A DNA stretch of 64,000 nucleotides from a candidate division WOR-3 bacterium (GTDB taxonomy: Bacteria; Hydrothermota; Hydrothermia; UBA1063; CAJXJZ01), in assembly GCA_027038175.1 (NCBI GenBank), contig JALVYB010000098.1, forward strand, positions 7,606-71,605. Reading direction: 5' to 3'. Below the pieces are notes generated by a model. It was not told the origin of the DNA. It did no database searches and saw nothing but the letters and a program-made list of their open reading frames with translations. This document shows positions 17,665-28,795 of the stretch, one piece after another. The stretch's first letter is position 1; the number at the start of each line of letters is the position of its first letter. The position numbers and the translations under genes were made by a program.

Positions 17665-18849
17665 TTATGTTTCCTCTCTGTTCCTAAAAACATAAAGGTA
17701 ATAAAGTGCTCCAAGAAGGTAACTTGTAATTATAGCAAGTGCTATTCCCTTCAGGTTTAAAACGTTATAGCCTATTGGTGCAAAGATTAAAATGCCTGCC
17801 AATATTATGAACTGTGCTTTGGTTGTTACGAGAGGTTTCCCTTTCGCTTTAAAGTGCGCCACGGCAACATTTATAAGGGATATGGGAAATGCCGCAAGAA
17901 ACAGGATGAGGGATAGTCCTGCAGAGGGTGCAAAAGGTTTTCCGAAAAGTAGAAGGACGAGTGGTTTTATAGTAACAATCAGGGCCCCAAAGAGTGTTGC
18001 GTTCAGTAAAGAAAGGTATAAAAAGTATTTTTTCCAGCCTGTTACTTTACCTTTTGAAAAAAGTGGATAAAGCACTATTTGAGCAGCGTTTGGTGCGAGA
18101 AAACCTATTTTACCAATTGATGCCGCAACCGAGTATATTCCAAGCGCAGAGGAAGGTGCTATTACCGAAAGTATTGCCTGATCCACCTGTTGAGAAAAAG
18201 AACTCATGATATTTGTTAATTGGGTTTTTATACCAAAGTTGAGGATTTTTCTTATGATAGAACGTTTCACATTGAAGAATGATATGTTCTGGAAGGTGTT
18301 ATACGAGAGCAAAAGGAGCGCAGCATTGCTGAGTATTAGATAAAAGAAGCATCTTTGTGGAGTAAGATGCCTTAAATCGGAGAGGAGGAGAACAAGGTAT
18401 ATCGCAGGTAGGGACAGGCGCAGTAAATTGTATTTAATAAAGTTAAGTTCTTCCTGCATTATTGAAAGAGCAGTTTGAACGAGGTTGGCAACAGGTAAAT
18501 ATAGCATTGACAAAAGTGGGATTAACATAGTGTATGCATATTTACCGTGTGCCACTAAATAAATTACTATAAGCGTTACAAAGCCAAATATAAAAGACGA
18601 TGTAATCACAGTAAAGAAAACTGAACTTTCAAGCTCTTTTCTTGGAATATCGGTGTTCTTAAGATAAATGTATGCTTCATTTGCGCCTAAAATTGCAATT
18701 TGAGAGAATAAAGTTGGCCAGACTATGAGGGTGCGAAGTATGCCCTTACCTTCGGGTCCAAGTACCCTTGCTGTAATTATGCCAGTGCCTAAGTTTAGAA
18801 TCAGCATGAATACACTTGTAAATGTGGTGATAAGGAAAGAGCGTTTCAT
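17665..18849 (-). CDS. oligosaccharide flippase (Wzx/MOP-superfamily)
   Basis: 394 aa with about 12 TM helices. The N-terminal region (ITARVLGPEGKGIL...) is typical of polysaccharide-biosynthesis Wzx proteins. Confidence 0.65.
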   Translation of the reverse strand: MKRSFLITTFTSVFMLILNLGTGIITARVLGPEGKGILRTLIVWPTLFSQIAILGANEAYIYLKNTDIPRKELESSVFFTVITSSFIFGFVTLIVIYLVAHGKYAYTMLIPLLSMLYLPVANLVQTALSIMQEELNFIKYNLLRLSLPAIYLVLLLSDLRHLTPQRCFFYLILSNAALLLLSYNTFQNISFFNVKRSIIRKILNFGIKTQLTNIMSSFSQQVDQAILSVIAPSSALGIYSVAASIGKIGFLAPNAAQIVLYPLFSKGKVTGWKKYFLYLSLLNATLFGALIVTIKPLVLLLFGKPFAPSAGLSLILFLAAFPISLINVAVAHFKAKGKPLVTTKAQFIILAGILIFAPIGYNVLNLKGIALAIITSYLLGALYYLYVFRNREET

Positions 18850-19475
18850 TCAATTTTGACACCCTTTAGTAGTTCTTTTACAGATAAAACAGAGATTACA
18901 ATAGCAAGGTATAGAAATAGGCCAAGTATGAGATTGTAGGAAAGATGAGGTCTATACTTGTGTTGTGGAACATTGGGATAATCAATGATCTTTACAACGG
19001 GTTTTCTTGATGTGAGTTTTAGTTCTGTGTTAAGGGAATCAAGTTGAGTTAGCATGTACTCCACAATGTCTTTCGATAAAAAGGGTTTTGTAGAAATAAA
19101 TCCTACAACAATTGTGCCTCTATCAGGATCGTAGTCTACCATAAGGTTTTTAAAATATTTTTTAAGAACCTGCGCGTTGTTATTAGCCCTGTATAACTTC
19201 AAGAGATTAAATTTTTTTATAACCCTGTTTGCAAGCCTTCTACTCTGAAGAAGTGCAAGGATAGCCTGTGACGATATTGCCGCTTTGGAGAGTTCAGGAT
19301 TTTGAAGTTCCCCGTAGGGTGTATTCAATACTACCCCTGGGCTTTCTGATTCAGGAGCAAGTAGTGTGGAGGTTGAAAGGTATTCCTTTGGTAGAGAAAC
19401 AGTATAAATGGTGACTATAATTTCAAAAAGTATAAAACCCAGTACGATTATAGCAAGCGTTTTCTTCTTTATCAT
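18846..19475 (-). CDS. chain-length-determinant (Wzz/PCP-like) protein
   Basis: 209 aa with an N-terminal and a C-terminal TM helix flanking a periplasmic coiled region. Follows the Wza-like gene. Confidence 0.5.
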   Translation of the reverse strand: MIKKKTLAIIVLGFILFEIIVTIYTVSLPKEYLSTSTLLAPESESPGVVLNTPYGELQNPELSKAAISSQAILALLQSRRLANRVIKKFNLLKLYRANNNAQVLKKYFKNLMVDYDPDRGTIVVGFISTKPFLSKDIVEYMLTQLDSLNTELKLTSRKPVVKIIDYPNVPQHKYRPHLSYNLILGLFLYLAIVISVLSVKELLKGVKIE

Positions 19476-21571
19476 TTCTTAATCTGATATATAATAAACA
19501 GCGTCGTTACAATCTGGTATACAATACCTGATATGTAAGACAGATTTTTGAGAGTTGGGGTAGGTTTCTCAGTCTTAAACGGTATATAAACTATGTCTCC
19601 CGGGTAAAGCCTGCCTTTATGGATTTTCCCGTTTACTCCTATGGCAAATGCATGTTTTTTATCTGCCATGCGGAGAAGAGGTTCTCTATGTAGGATATCG
19701 ATTAGTTTTAATCCGTGAGTGTATGGGACGTAATGAGGTTGTACTGTAGCGCCTGCGACATACACAAAAGAGGTGTTTTGGGGGATGAAAATAGAATCAC
19801 CATTTTGAAGTTGTGTATTGTAGGTGGCAGGTAAAACGTGCAAAATTCGTTGCTTGAGCAGTGAGAAAAGACTATCCGGCATGTATCTCGCGGATGAATC
19901 GAGTATGTACAGGTTAAACTCGGAAAGTCTTTCGTACGTAGTTTGTCTGTCTGTTTTTCTCTTTATGTACATACCATCAGTATAAGCGTTTTGAGTGGCA
20001 CCTCCAGATAAATTCAGGATATAATTTACAGAGCTTCCTTTGGGTATGGTGTACATGCCTGGGAATCTCACCTCACCACCAACATATACGCGGATATACG
20101 AGGTTTTAAAGGTGTCTGGAGGAACGAAAACAATATCTCCAGGTTCTAAAAATATAGAATCAAGGAGATCTTCCCTTATCACTTTTGATTTTTTCTCACG
20201 TTTCTTGAAAACAATTACATGATTCAAAGAGGCATCTGGTCTGGGTTTCGCAAGAAGAATAAGGCTTTTTAAAGAGAGTTTATCATGCCATTTGAAGATA
20301 CCGGGATGTTCAACGTAGCCATTTATACTTACCGGCTCTTTCTGTGTAAGAATGTCTTCTCTAAATAGAAAAATGGAATCACGGTCCTGCAACCTGAAAG
20401 TATCCATGTCCTTCAAGGTAACCTCAATGCTGGTTGTATGGAGCGCTTTTTGTCGAACTATCAAAATCTCATTGTAAGGAGAATATAAGAATCCTCCTGC
20501 TCTTTGAATGGCCTCTTTTAAAATGAGCCCCGGTTTGAATGTATAATATCCAGGTTTTTTTATGTTCCCCTCTACATAAATGTAGCCACTTTTAATATAG
20601 CGTGATATGGGAATGGTTATGTAATCACCGTTTTTTAGTTTAAAAGAATGCCATCTGTCACGTGGCACATCAAATATGTGGATGCTGTCACCTTCCAACC
20701 TTTTTATAATTGCCCTTTTCTGATTGAAGGGCATTATGCCAGACCATTTCGTAAGTTCTCTAAGTGTCGTTGTGGGTTTTATTTCATATATTCCGGGCTT
20801 GTAAAGGCTTCCCTCTATTGCGATTACATTTTTTATTGGAGGAATGACCACCACATCGCCATCCATCAATTCTGCGTTTTCTGGTGTACCCCCGAAAATA
20901 AAAGGGTATAGATCAATGAGGACTTTGCTGCCGTTTTGGTGTATAATTTCAATATTGCGTAAGGTTCCGGTTTTCAAAACTCCTCTTGCAAGGAAAAGCA
21001 AATCCAGTACAGTGCTTTTTGATTTGAGAATATAAGCCCCGGGGTTGGGTGTTTCCCCTGTTAGGAATACCTTTATACCACGAATTCTTCCCGGAGATAT
21101 AAATATTTTTACGTTGCTCCACTTTTCACTTGCAACTTTGTTTAGAAACTTCTCCGCTTTATCAATGCTCATCCCGGAGATTTTTACAGGACCCAAACCA
21201 GGAATAAATATTGTTCCACGTTTGTCGATTACAGAGGTAAATGTATTTTCAATACTCCCTGAAATGTAAACGGTTATTTCATCACCAGGTCCCAGTGTGT
21301 AGGCAGGGGAGAGATTCTGCGAGTTTATATATCTCCCTCCATAGACTCTAAAATGCCTGTAGCCAACCTGTTTTAATTCCTTTTTGCCTGTTATTTTCAT
21401 AAAGAGTGATTCTATTGGGGAAAGGAGTGTGTCGTAATAGTTTACTTGTGGAACAGGCTGAATGGATGGAGTATTCTGCACAGGCGATTGAGTGTCTTTA
21501 AGTGCGCCTTTAGGTAGTATCAGGTTCTGTGCTGATAGGTATGCAACAAAGAGAAGCGTAAACTTAAACAT
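19472..21571 (-). CDS. polysaccharide export protein (Poly_export + multiple SLBB domains; Wza-like)
   Basis: 699 aa with a signal peptide. Contains YTLGPGDEITVYISGS...IFIPGLGPVKISGMSIDKAEK (Poly_export) and repeated SLBB-like units (GDVVVIPP..., GDYITIP..., GDIVFVPP..., GDSIFIPQ..., GDIVYIP). Confidence 0.7.
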   Translation of the reverse strand: MFKFTLLFVAYLSAQNLILPKGALKDTQSPVQNTPSIQPVPQVNYYDTLLSPIESLFMKITGKKELKQVGYRHFRVYGGRYINSQNLSPAYTLGPGDEITVYISGSIENTFTSVIDKRGTIFIPGLGPVKISGMSIDKAEKFLNKVASEKWSNVKIFISPGRIRGIKVFLTGETPNPGAYILKSKSTVLDLLFLARGVLKTGTLRNIEIIHQNGSKVLIDLYPFIFGGTPENAELMDGDVVVIPPIKNVIAIEGSLYKPGIYEIKPTTTLRELTKWSGIMPFNQKRAIIKRLEGDSIHIFDVPRDRWHSFKLKNGDYITIPISRYIKSGYIYVEGNIKKPGYYTFKPGLILKEAIQRAGGFLYSPYNEILIVRQKALHTTSIEVTLKDMDTFRLQDRDSIFLFREDILTQKEPVSINGYVEHPGIFKWHDKLSLKSLILLAKPRPDASLNHVIVFKKREKKSKVIREDLLDSIFLEPGDIVFVPPDTFKTSYIRVYVGGEVRFPGMYTIPKGSSVNYILNLSGGATQNAYTDGMYIKRKTDRQTTYERLSEFNLYILDSSARYMPDSLFSLLKQRILHVLPATYNTQLQNGDSIFIPQNTSFVYVAGATVQPHYVPYTHGLKLIDILHREPLLRMADKKHAFAIGVNGKIHKGRLYPGDIVYIPFKTEKPTPTLKNLSYISGIVYQIVTTLFIIYQIKK

Positions 21572-22878
21572 TACAGGGTTACAATTTTGTGCTGATTATC
21601 CTGTATTCCACTATTTCTGAAGGCGTTTCTGGTATCGAAGATGTACGGTGCTTTTTCATAAATTTCCCTATAATCAAATGAAGAGTGATCCGTGCCAAGA
21701 ACAACCAAGTTGTAGTCCTCGTACTTTGGGTCTTTAATTGATTCCATGAGTTTCCCGCTAATCTCAACCCATGGCACGTGTGGGTCGTAATACTCTACAT
21801 TGGCACCTTTTTGTTCAAGAAGGTCTATTATATCAAGAATAGGCGATTCTCTCACGTCATCTATATCCCTCTTGTATGCAATGCCAAGAACAAGTATACG
21901 GGAACCTTTTATACTGCGCTCTTTTTCGTTGAGGGCATCCTGTATTCTGCCAACCACGTATCTTGGCATGTTTGAATTTATATCTGTTGCGGTTTCTATA
22001 AATCTTGCTGTGTAGTTAAATGTTTTAAGTTTCCATGAAAGGTAAATGGGGTCTATAGGTATGCAGTGGCCACCTATACCGGGTCCGGGATAGAATTTCA
22101 TAAAACCAAATGGCTTGGTGCCTGCTGCCTCTATCACTTCCCAAACGTCTATACCCAGTATATTACACATTATAGCCATCTCATTGGCAAGACCTATATT
22201 GATGCTTCTGAATGTATTCTCAAGTAGTTTGGCTGCTTCAGCCACACGTGATGATGAAACAGGAACCACATTTAAAAGTGCAAGAGAATAGAGTGCAGAT
22301 ACAACCTCTGTGGAGTTAGGCTCCACTCCACCAACGAGTTTAGGTGTATTTTTAACAGTGTATTTTGTATTCCCGGGGTCTATTCTTTCAGGAGAGAAAG
22401 CGAGGAAAAAGTCCTTTCCCACAACGAGACCTGTTTCTTCGAGAAGGGGCAAAATAATTTCGTCAGTTGTCCCCGGGTATGTTGTGCTCTCAAAGGATAT
22501 TATGTGTCCCTTCTTAAGGTTCTTCTTTACGTCGTGGGCGGCCTTTATAACGTAACTTAAATCAGGATCCTTCGTTTTTGATAGGGGAGTGGGAACGGCT
22601 ATAATTATTCCATCAACTTCTGATAATACGGAGCTCTCAGATGTTGCAGTGATAAGGCCCTTTTCAACAAGAGGTGCAAGTTCCTCTGAACTTACGTCTT
22701 TAACATAAGATATACCTTTATTTATCTTTTCGGTTTTCTTCTCATCAACATCATATCCATGTACCTTAACGCCAGCTTTTGCAAATTCTATGGCAAGTGG
22801 AAGTCCAACGTATCCAAGGCCAACTACCGCAATTTTAATATCTCTTTTCTCGATTTTTTTAAGAATCTCTTCTTTCAT
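21571..22878 (-). CDS. nucleotide-sugar dehydrogenase (UDP-N-acetyl-D-mannosamine/UDP-GlcNAc 6-dehydrogenase family)
   Basis: 435 aa with an N-terminal Rossmann motif ([14 protein letters not shown]) and a catalytic [11 protein letters not shown] region typical of the UDP-glucose/GDP-mannose dehydrogenase family. Confidence 0.8.
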   Translation of the reverse strand: MKEEILKKIEKRDIKIAVVGLGYVGLPLAIEFAKAGVKVHGYDVDEKKTEKINKGISYVKDVSSEELAPLVEKGLITATSESSVLSEVDGIIIAVPTPLSKTKDPDLSYVIKAAHDVKKNLKKGHIISFESTTYPGTTDEIILPLLEETGLVVGKDFFLAFSPERIDPGNTKYTVKNTPKLVGGVEPNSTEVVSALYSLALLNVVPVSSSRVAEAAKLLENTFRSINIGLANEMAIMCNILGIDVWEVIEAAGTKPFGFMKFYPGPGIGGHCIPIDPIYLSWKLKTFNYTARFIETATDINSNMPRYVVGRIQDALNEKERSIKGSRILVLGIAYKRDIDDVRESPILDIIDLLEQKGANVEYYDPHVPWVEISGKLMESIKDPKYEDYNLVVLGTDHSSFDYREIYEKAPYIFDTRNAFRNSGIQDNQHKIVTL

Positions 22879-24352
22879 TTTTATCCTCTATCTCTTCATA
22901 CTTTACTTTTAGATTTTTCACAGCATACACATCGTCAAGCCTTTTTACCGGAGTGTTGTGAGGGGCAGTTTTAACTATTTCGGGGGTATGTTCTGCCTCC
23001 TTGAGGATTTTTTTCATAACCTCTGCGAAGTATTCAAGGGTTTCCACTGATTCTGTTTCCGTGGGCTCTATCATAAGTGCCTCTGATACTATAAGCGGGA
23101 AGTAAACAGTTGGGGCATGGACTCCATAGTCAAGTAGCCTTTTTGCTATATCCAGAGTCCTTATACCATATTTCTTCTTAATTGGTGCACCTGTTGCAAC
23201 AAATTCGTGCATTGGAATTGAATCATAGGGGATTTCATATCCTGCCACTTTGAGCAGTTGTTTGAGATAGTTTGCATTTAAAACGGCATTTTCTGATATT
23301 GACTTCAGGTGCTCTTTCCCTATCATTCTAATATAGGTATAAGCCCGCACCATGACCGCAAAATGGCCGAAGAAAGCAAGAAGTTTTCCTATAGATTTGT
23401 CACCCGTTTCTTTACGTTGATACCCGGAGTCGTTCTTTATAACCTGCACTCCAGGCAGGAAATCTTTTAAAAAGGCTTTCACTCCCACAGGTCCACTGCC
23501 TGGGCCTCCTCCACCGTGGGGTGTTGAAAATGTTTTGTGAAGGTTGAAATGTATAACGTCAAACCCTATATCACCCGGGCGGATATATCCGAGGAGGGCG
23601 TTGAGATTGGCTCCGTCCATGTACATAAGTCCACCTGCTTTATGCACGAGTTCTGCAATTTCCTTTATCTCTCTTTCGAATATTCCCAGTGTGTTGGGAT
23701 TGGTCACCATGAGCCCTGCTACCTCATCGTTCAGGTTTTTTCTGAGTTCTTCAATGTCAATCATTCCGAGTTTGTTGGATTTTATAGTTTTTGCCGTATA
23801 GCCAGCAAGTGTTGTTGAGGCAGGATTGGTGCCATGGGCAGAGTCAGGTACAAGAATGTACTTCCTCTTTTCTCCTTTTGACTCAAGGTATTTTTTTATT
23901 ATCTTTATTCCAGTTAATTCTCCATGTGCTCCTGCCGCAGGTTCAAGGGTTATAGCATCCATTCCGCTTATCTCAGCAAGGTATTCTGAGAGTTCATACA
24001 TTATTCTAAGTGCGCCCTGAACTGTATAGTCAGGTTGAAGAGGGTGAATATTACGGAAACCCGAAAATGCGGATACGGTTTCATTTATTTTGGGATTATA
24101 TTTCATGGTGCATGATCCCAGCGGGTAGAAACCGAGGTCTACATTGTAGTTCATGTTTGATAGTCTGATAAAATGTCGTATGATATCAACCTCAGAGAGT
24201 TCTGGTAGGTTAGGGAAGTCTTCGGATGTATATTCCCTTATATCGTCTTTATATTTTTCAAACAGCGTTTTGATGTCGTCCTTTTGTGGAAGGTTAAATG
24301 CTTTTTTACCCTTTTTTGAGCGTTTGAAAATAATATCTTCCTTAATTACCAT
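22859..24352 (-). CDS. gcvPB: glycine dehydrogenase (decarboxylating) subunit 2
   Basis: 497 aa with the PLP-lysine region [24 protein letters not shown]. No gcvPA, gcvT or gcvH is adjacent. Confidence 0.85.
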   Translation of the reverse strand: MVIKEDIIFKRSKKGKKAFNLPQKDDIKTLFEKYKDDIREYTSEDFPNLPELSEVDIIRHFIRLSNMNYNVDLGFYPLGSCTMKYNPKINETVSAFSGFRNIHPLQPDYTVQGALRIMYELSEYLAEISGMDAITLEPAAGAHGELTGIKIIKKYLESKGEKRKYILVPDSAHGTNPASTTLAGYTAKTIKSNKLGMIDIEELRKNLNDEVAGLMVTNPNTLGIFEREIKEIAELVHKAGGLMYMDGANLNALLGYIRPGDIGFDVIHFNLHKTFSTPHGGGGPGSGPVGVKAFLKDFLPGVQVIKNDSGYQRKETGDKSIGKLLAFFGHFAVMVRAYTYIRMIGKEHLKSISENAVLNANYLKQLLKVAGYEIPYDSIPMHEFVATGAPIKKKYGIRTLDIAKRLLDYGVHAPTVYFPLIVSEALMIEPTETESVETLEYFAEVMKKILKEAEHTPEIVKTAPHNTPVKRLDDVYAVKNLKVKYEEIEDKNERRDS

Positions 24353-24366
24353 AAATGCCTCCTTAA

Positions 24367-25194
24367 TCAGCCTTTAAGACCACTTTTTGCATAACTTGCG
24401 ACGATTTGTTTTTGAGCCAGGAAGAAGAGAATTACAAGAGGCAGTATCGCTATAAACGATGCTGCCATTAGTGCTGGATAATTTGTACTTTCTCCCTGGG
24501 AGAAGTAGGCAAGTCCTACCTGTATTGGACGCATATTATTGCTGTTTACAACCATTAATGGCCACATAAATGCGTTCCATGATCCTATTATGTTAAAAAT
24601 GGATATGGTAACTACTGCAGGTTTGATAAGTGGCAGGATAATGCGGAACAAAAAGCACAATCTGCCACATCCATCAATAACCGCGGCCTCATATAGGTCT
24701 TTAGGTATTCCGCGCATGTGTTGACGCAGGAGGAAGATAGCAAAAATGTTTACTGACCATGGGATGATAAGTGCGTAATAGGTGTCAATCCATCCAAGAT
24801 ACTGAACGAGAATAAAAAGCGGAATAACATAAACAGGAACAGGTACCATCATGAGGGCAAGTAGTGACATAAAAATGGTTTCACGCCCTTTAAATTTAAA
24901 CCATGAAAAGGCATACGCTGCAAGGAGTGCTGTAAGGACAACACCTATCAGAGTAAATGTTGCAACAATAAAGGACACGTATATGTAACGCGGGAATGCA
25001 ATTTTTGTCCAGACCATTTTGTACGCATCAAGTGTAAATACCTTTGGTATCCATGTGGGAGGAATCTGAATTGCTTCTCTTTGAGTCTTGAATGAGGTGG
25101 ATATCATCCAGAGGAATGGAAGAAGTGAGAAAAGAGCGCCTGCAGTGACAATGGTATATATAACGATTTTCCCTATTATTTTCTTAAACCTCAT
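24367..25194 (-). CDS. carbohydrate ABC transporter permease (MalG-like)
   Basis: Start re-placed at MRFKKIIG. 6 TM helices with an EAA-like loop ([20 protein letters not shown]). Confidence 0.75.
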   Translation of the reverse strand: MRFKKIIGKIVIYTIVTAGALFSLLPFLWMISTSFKTQREAIQIPPTWIPKVFTLDAYKMVWTKIAFPRYIYVSFIVATFTLIGVVLTALLAAYAFSWFKFKGRETIFMSLLALMMVPVPVYVIPLFILVQYLGWIDTYYALIIPWSVNIFAIFLLRQHMRGIPKDLYEAAVIDGCGRLCFLFRIILPLIKPAVVTISIFNIIGSWNAFMWPLMVVNSNNMRPIQVGLAYFSQGESTNYPALMAASFIAILPLVILFFLAQKQIVASYAKSGLKG

Positions 25195-26125
25195 AATACA
25201 CCCTCTTTTCAAGAACGGTTTTCTGGAAAATTGTAATAGCAAGTACAAACAGGAAGAACGCAAATGCTATTGCTGTTCCATATCCCACCTGATACTCTTC
25301 ATAACCTTTTTGATAAAGATAGTATATGACCACCGATGTTCTGCCGAGTGGACCGCCCGGGGGAGGACCTGTCATAAGCCATATGGGAGCAAATATCTGT
25401 AGTGATGCAATGGTAGTCATGATAGCCACGTAAAAAGTAGTGGGGGATAGAAGTGGAAGAGTCACGTTTTTTATGGTTTGCCATGGTCCTGCACCGTCGA
25501 TTTTGGCTGCCTCATAATACACATCTGGAATATTTTTCAGACCCGCAAGAAAGATTACTATGTTGTAACCCATTGATTTCCAAACACTCATAAAGGCTAT
25601 TGAAACCAGTGCAAGGGAAGGACCTTTTAAAAGATAAGGAAGTTCTTTCCCCACCATGAGTTCAATAATGCCCCTTGGTTCTTCGAGCCATTTTAAAGGT
25701 GAAAGCCCCAATGTGGTCAAAAAGTAATTAAAAACACCACGTTGAGGGTCATATAACCATTTCCACACGATAGAGACAGCCACCATTGATGTGATAACAG
25801 GTAAAAAGTATATGGTTCTATAAAGTCCAAGCGCTTTGAGACCTTTATTCAGCAGGGCGGCTATGAACAGTGAAACGATGAGACTAAGAGGTACCGCAAT
25901 AATCGCATAGTTGATTGTGTTCCAGAAAGATTGCCAGAAGAAGGGGTCCTGAAGAAGCCATTTGTAATTGGATAGTCCTATAAAGCCCTTTGAACCACCT
26001 ATTCCCCAGTCCTGAAAACTCAGTAAAAACGCATAGGCTATGGGGAAGAATCTGAATACAAGGAGAAGAACAAGGGCTGGACTCAGAAGAGCCAGAGGCC
26101 ACAAATAATTCTTTATTCCTTTCAT
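25184..26125 (-). CDS. carbohydrate ABC transporter permease (MalF-like)
   Basis: 313 aa with an EAA loop (YEAAKIDGAGPWQTIKNVTLP). Confidence 0.75.
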   Translation of the reverse strand: MKGIKNYLWPLALLSPALVLLLVFRFFPIAYAFLLSFQDWGIGGSKGFIGLSNYKWLLQDPFFWQSFWNTINYAIIAVPLSLIVSLFIAALLNKGLKALGLYRTIYFLPVITSMVAVSIVWKWLYDPQRGVFNYFLTTLGLSPLKWLEEPRGIIELMVGKELPYLLKGPSLALVSIAFMSVWKSMGYNIVIFLAGLKNIPDVYYEAAKIDGAGPWQTIKNVTLPLLSPTTFYVAIMTTIASLQIFAPIWLMTGPPPGGPLGRTSVVIYYLYQKGYEEYQVGYGTAIAFAFFLFVLAITIFQKTVLEKRVYYEV

Positions 26126-26167
26126 GTCCTTTATTTTAATTTAAACTTGTAGGTTGGTAAAGTAACC

Positions 26168-28792
26168 TCACCTGATTTTAATCATTTTTCTTTCAGCCAA
26201 CTTATTCCCATTTTTGTCCTTTACGATTATGAAGTATACGCCCTTTCTCAGTTTGGATACCGATATATGCATGTTGTCTTTCCTATCGGTATTATATTCA
26301 TTTAAGAGTTCTCTTCCGGATATATCAAATATCTGTATTTCTCCAACATTTCGGGTACCTCTCACCATGAGGACGTTTCCAGAAAGCAATGTGGGAAGAT
26401 TCAGGGTTTGGAAGGAATTTTTTGCGTGTTCTTTTATCCGGGTGATGTCAAAGTTTATACCTGTAACTGTTGAACTACCCACAGAGACCATCTGAGCATT
26501 TGAGGGTATGTTATATGGAACCCTCTCAACGTCTATTGGTGAGTAAACCTGGTTGTACCATAGTCCATATGGCCAGAGGTATAGATAATAGTTCCCGGGC
26601 AATAATCCGCCTACATGGTAGTTTGATGTATCCGATGTGTAAAATACTGACACGGGATAACCCTCAGTGTTTACAACAATTACCTCGTAATATGAGTTCG
26701 TTACAGGGAGTGTATCATTCATTACACTTCCCTCAATAGCACCCCCAACTTTAGTGGTATTGAAGTCCTTTATTACCACTGTGTCTGCTATTATTGTAAC
26801 AGAACTTGCATTCTGGTGGGATGAAGCGTTTTCATAGAATTCAAAATGGTATGGATTATATACAAGTGGAGGAATAGAGGTGGTATCGTAATAAGATACA
26901 GTAAGAAGCATCATTCTATAATCTCCGGGTGTTAAATTATAGGAAGAGTATGTGCCGAAATCGGTTATATCCATATCTTCCAGTTTCCCGGTGCTTACAT
27001 CTTCAAGAAGGATGGCAAATGGATAAGCGTTTGTTGAAATATTATTCCCGCTTATAGAATCTTTTATGCTACCCGCAACTTTTCCACCCTTTGAGAGTGT
27101 GACAGTTAAGAAAATACTGTCATCCTGTTGTAGAGTTATTACTGTAGCATTGTCCCATGAACTCTGATGGTTATACCATTCTGGCATATAGAAGAAATAG
27201 AGAGAATCTCCTCCTTCAGGCTGTATATATAATTTATAATCGCCTGCTGGCAGGTTATGTATGCAAAATATTCCTGTATCAGCATAGGCAGATGTGACGT
27301 ATTCGTTGGTATATGCATAGTAGAGGTCAACAGATCCCGCTCTTGGATTGCCACTATCATCCTGTATTACTCCAGATATAATCCCCGTCCATCCATAGAA
27401 GTCGAAGTTTATGCCGTATGTTGTATCAGGTGCTGTAACATCTATTGTGTCTGCATTGTCGTAGTTTGTGGCATCTTTATACCACTGACCTGTGCCTATA
27501 TCAGTAGGATAGAGATAGGCTTTGTAAGCACCTGTAGGGAGGTCCGTCCCTGTTGAGAATTTTCCATCATACAATGTACTTCCGAACATACTGTACACGA
27601 GGTCACCTGTATTACAATCGTAAACATCAAGATAGAAGGCGCCACCGTACCCATAGCCGTCCAGCCCTGTAATTGTGCCTGCAATAGCACCACCCCTGTG
27701 GAAATTAAAGTCAATATTGAAAGTGGTATCAGGTGATGTAACAGACACAGGGTCTGCGCTGGCAAAGTCGGTTTTGTCGTTGTAGTATTGGGGCATGTAA
27801 TTATCAGGGTCAATGAGTATCTTGTAAGTACCTGTTGGCAGGTTCGAGAAAGTATAAACGCCCGTGGTGGTATCGTATTCAAATGTTGAGAAAAGATATG
27901 CTCCTGTGTTGGCATCCATTATGGTGGCATATGGATAAGGGTCTTTTATCGTATCCCCTGTATCACTGAGCAGCATACCGGTTATAACTCCAGTTCCACT
28001 CTGAGGACCAGATGAAGTAGGTGGTAAGTTGACGTCCATACCAGTGATGGTATCGCTCCATCCAGTTAGTGTGACCACCTGTGCATAAAACCAGTTGTAT
28101 GTATCTCCGTAGTAAGTCTGTCTGTAATTACTCAGATAGTATCTTATTTTAAATACCCCTGAATTTACGCCCTCTATGGTATAGTTTCCGGCAGAGTCAG
28201 TTGATAGGGGTTTCCATATTGCTGTTTTTAGAACAGTATCAATTAATGTGACTGAACCATAAGCGTTGGAAATAGGCGATGCTGTGGAATCATTGTAAAG
28301 CCTTCCCTTTATAACATTACCAGGAGGTGTTATTATATTTATACTGTCTGTGTCTGAAGTTAGCCATACGATATCAGCACTATCTATTCTACCTGTCCCC
28401 CCCAGCGAATTGTAATACATTGTAGGATACATGTCTCCTTTTGCCTGTATAATATAGGCACCCATGGGAAGAGTGTCCATATACTCACCGTTTATGTCAG
28501 GATAAATATAGTTCACCAGATCACCTGTGTAGGCATTAAATATATAGACATAGTATCCTGCTATTATTGGATTGTGGCCCTGATCGTAGACTTTGCCCTC
28601 GATGGTATAATAAGGAATGTTTTTAGTGTCTATATGCTTTATCAGGCTATTTATTTTATCCGTTTCCCTGTTTATCCTATATTGGTCTATTTTCGATGAA
28701 ATTGTCTGTATTTTGTATTTTACTTTTTCAGTTAGCCTGAATTTATAACTATTTGGTGACAGCATTACCAGCAACATAATAATATTTAGCAT
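26168..28792 (-). CDS. large secreted repeat protein (carboxypeptidase-regulatory-like beta-sandwich repeats) with T9SS-type C-terminal sorting domain
   Basis: 874 aa. At least six degenerate ~80-aa units built on GxY(K/R)...D.Y...YYN. C-terminus: IQIFDISGREL...LRKGVYFIIVKDKNG...KMIKIR. Confidence 0.55.
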   Translation of the reverse strand: MLNIIMLLVMLSPNSYKFRLTEKVKYKIQTISSKIDQYRINRETDKINSLIKHIDTKNIPYYTIEGKVYDQGHNPIIAGYYVYIFNAYTGDLVNYIYPDINGEYMDTLPMGAYIIQAKGDMYPTMYYNSLGGTGRIDSADIVWLTSDTDSINIITPPGNVIKGRLYNDSTASPISNAYGSVTLIDTVLKTAIWKPLSTDSAGNYTIEGVNSGVFKIRYYLSNYRQTYYGDTYNWFYAQVVTLTGWSDTITGMDVNLPPTSSGPQSGTGVITGMLLSDTGDTIKDPYPYATIMDANTGAYLFSTFEYDTTTGVYTFSNLPTGTYKILIDPDNYMPQYYNDKTDFASADPVSVTSPDTTFNIDFNFHRGGAIAGTITGLDGYGYGGAFYLDVYDCNTGDLVYSMFGSTLYDGKFSTGTDLPTGAYKAYLYPTDIGTGQWYKDATNYDNADTIDVTAPDTTYGINFDFYGWTGIISGVIQDDSGNPRAGSVDLYYAYTNEYVTSAYADTGIFCIHNLPAGDYKLYIQPEGGDSLYFFYMPEWYNHQSSWDNATVITLQQDDSIFLTVTLSKGGKVAGSIKDSISGNNISTNAYPFAILLEDVSTGKLEDMDITDFGTYSSYNLTPGDYRMMLLTVSYYDTTSIPPLVYNPYHFEFYENASSHQNASSVTIIADTVVIKDFNTTKVGGAIEGSVMNDTLPVTNSYYEVIVVNTEGYPVSVFYTSDTSNYHVGGLLPGNYYLYLWPYGLWYNQVYSPIDVERVPYNIPSNAQMVSVGSSTVTGINFDITRIKEHAKNSFQTLNLPTLLSGNVLMVRGTRNVGEIQIFDISGRELLNEYNTDRKDNMHISVSKLRKGVYFIIVKDKNGNKLAERKMIKIR

Positions 28793-28795
28793 AAT

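Noticed and set aside
27496-27915. 139-aa minus-strand ORF, plus the 26214..26739 and 27257..27556 plus-strand ORFs, inside the 874-aa gene
   Set aside because: They are shadow ORFs embedded in or antisense to a long, well-supported repeat-protein gene. They have odd Cys/Thr-rich composition, no RBS and no homology signal.
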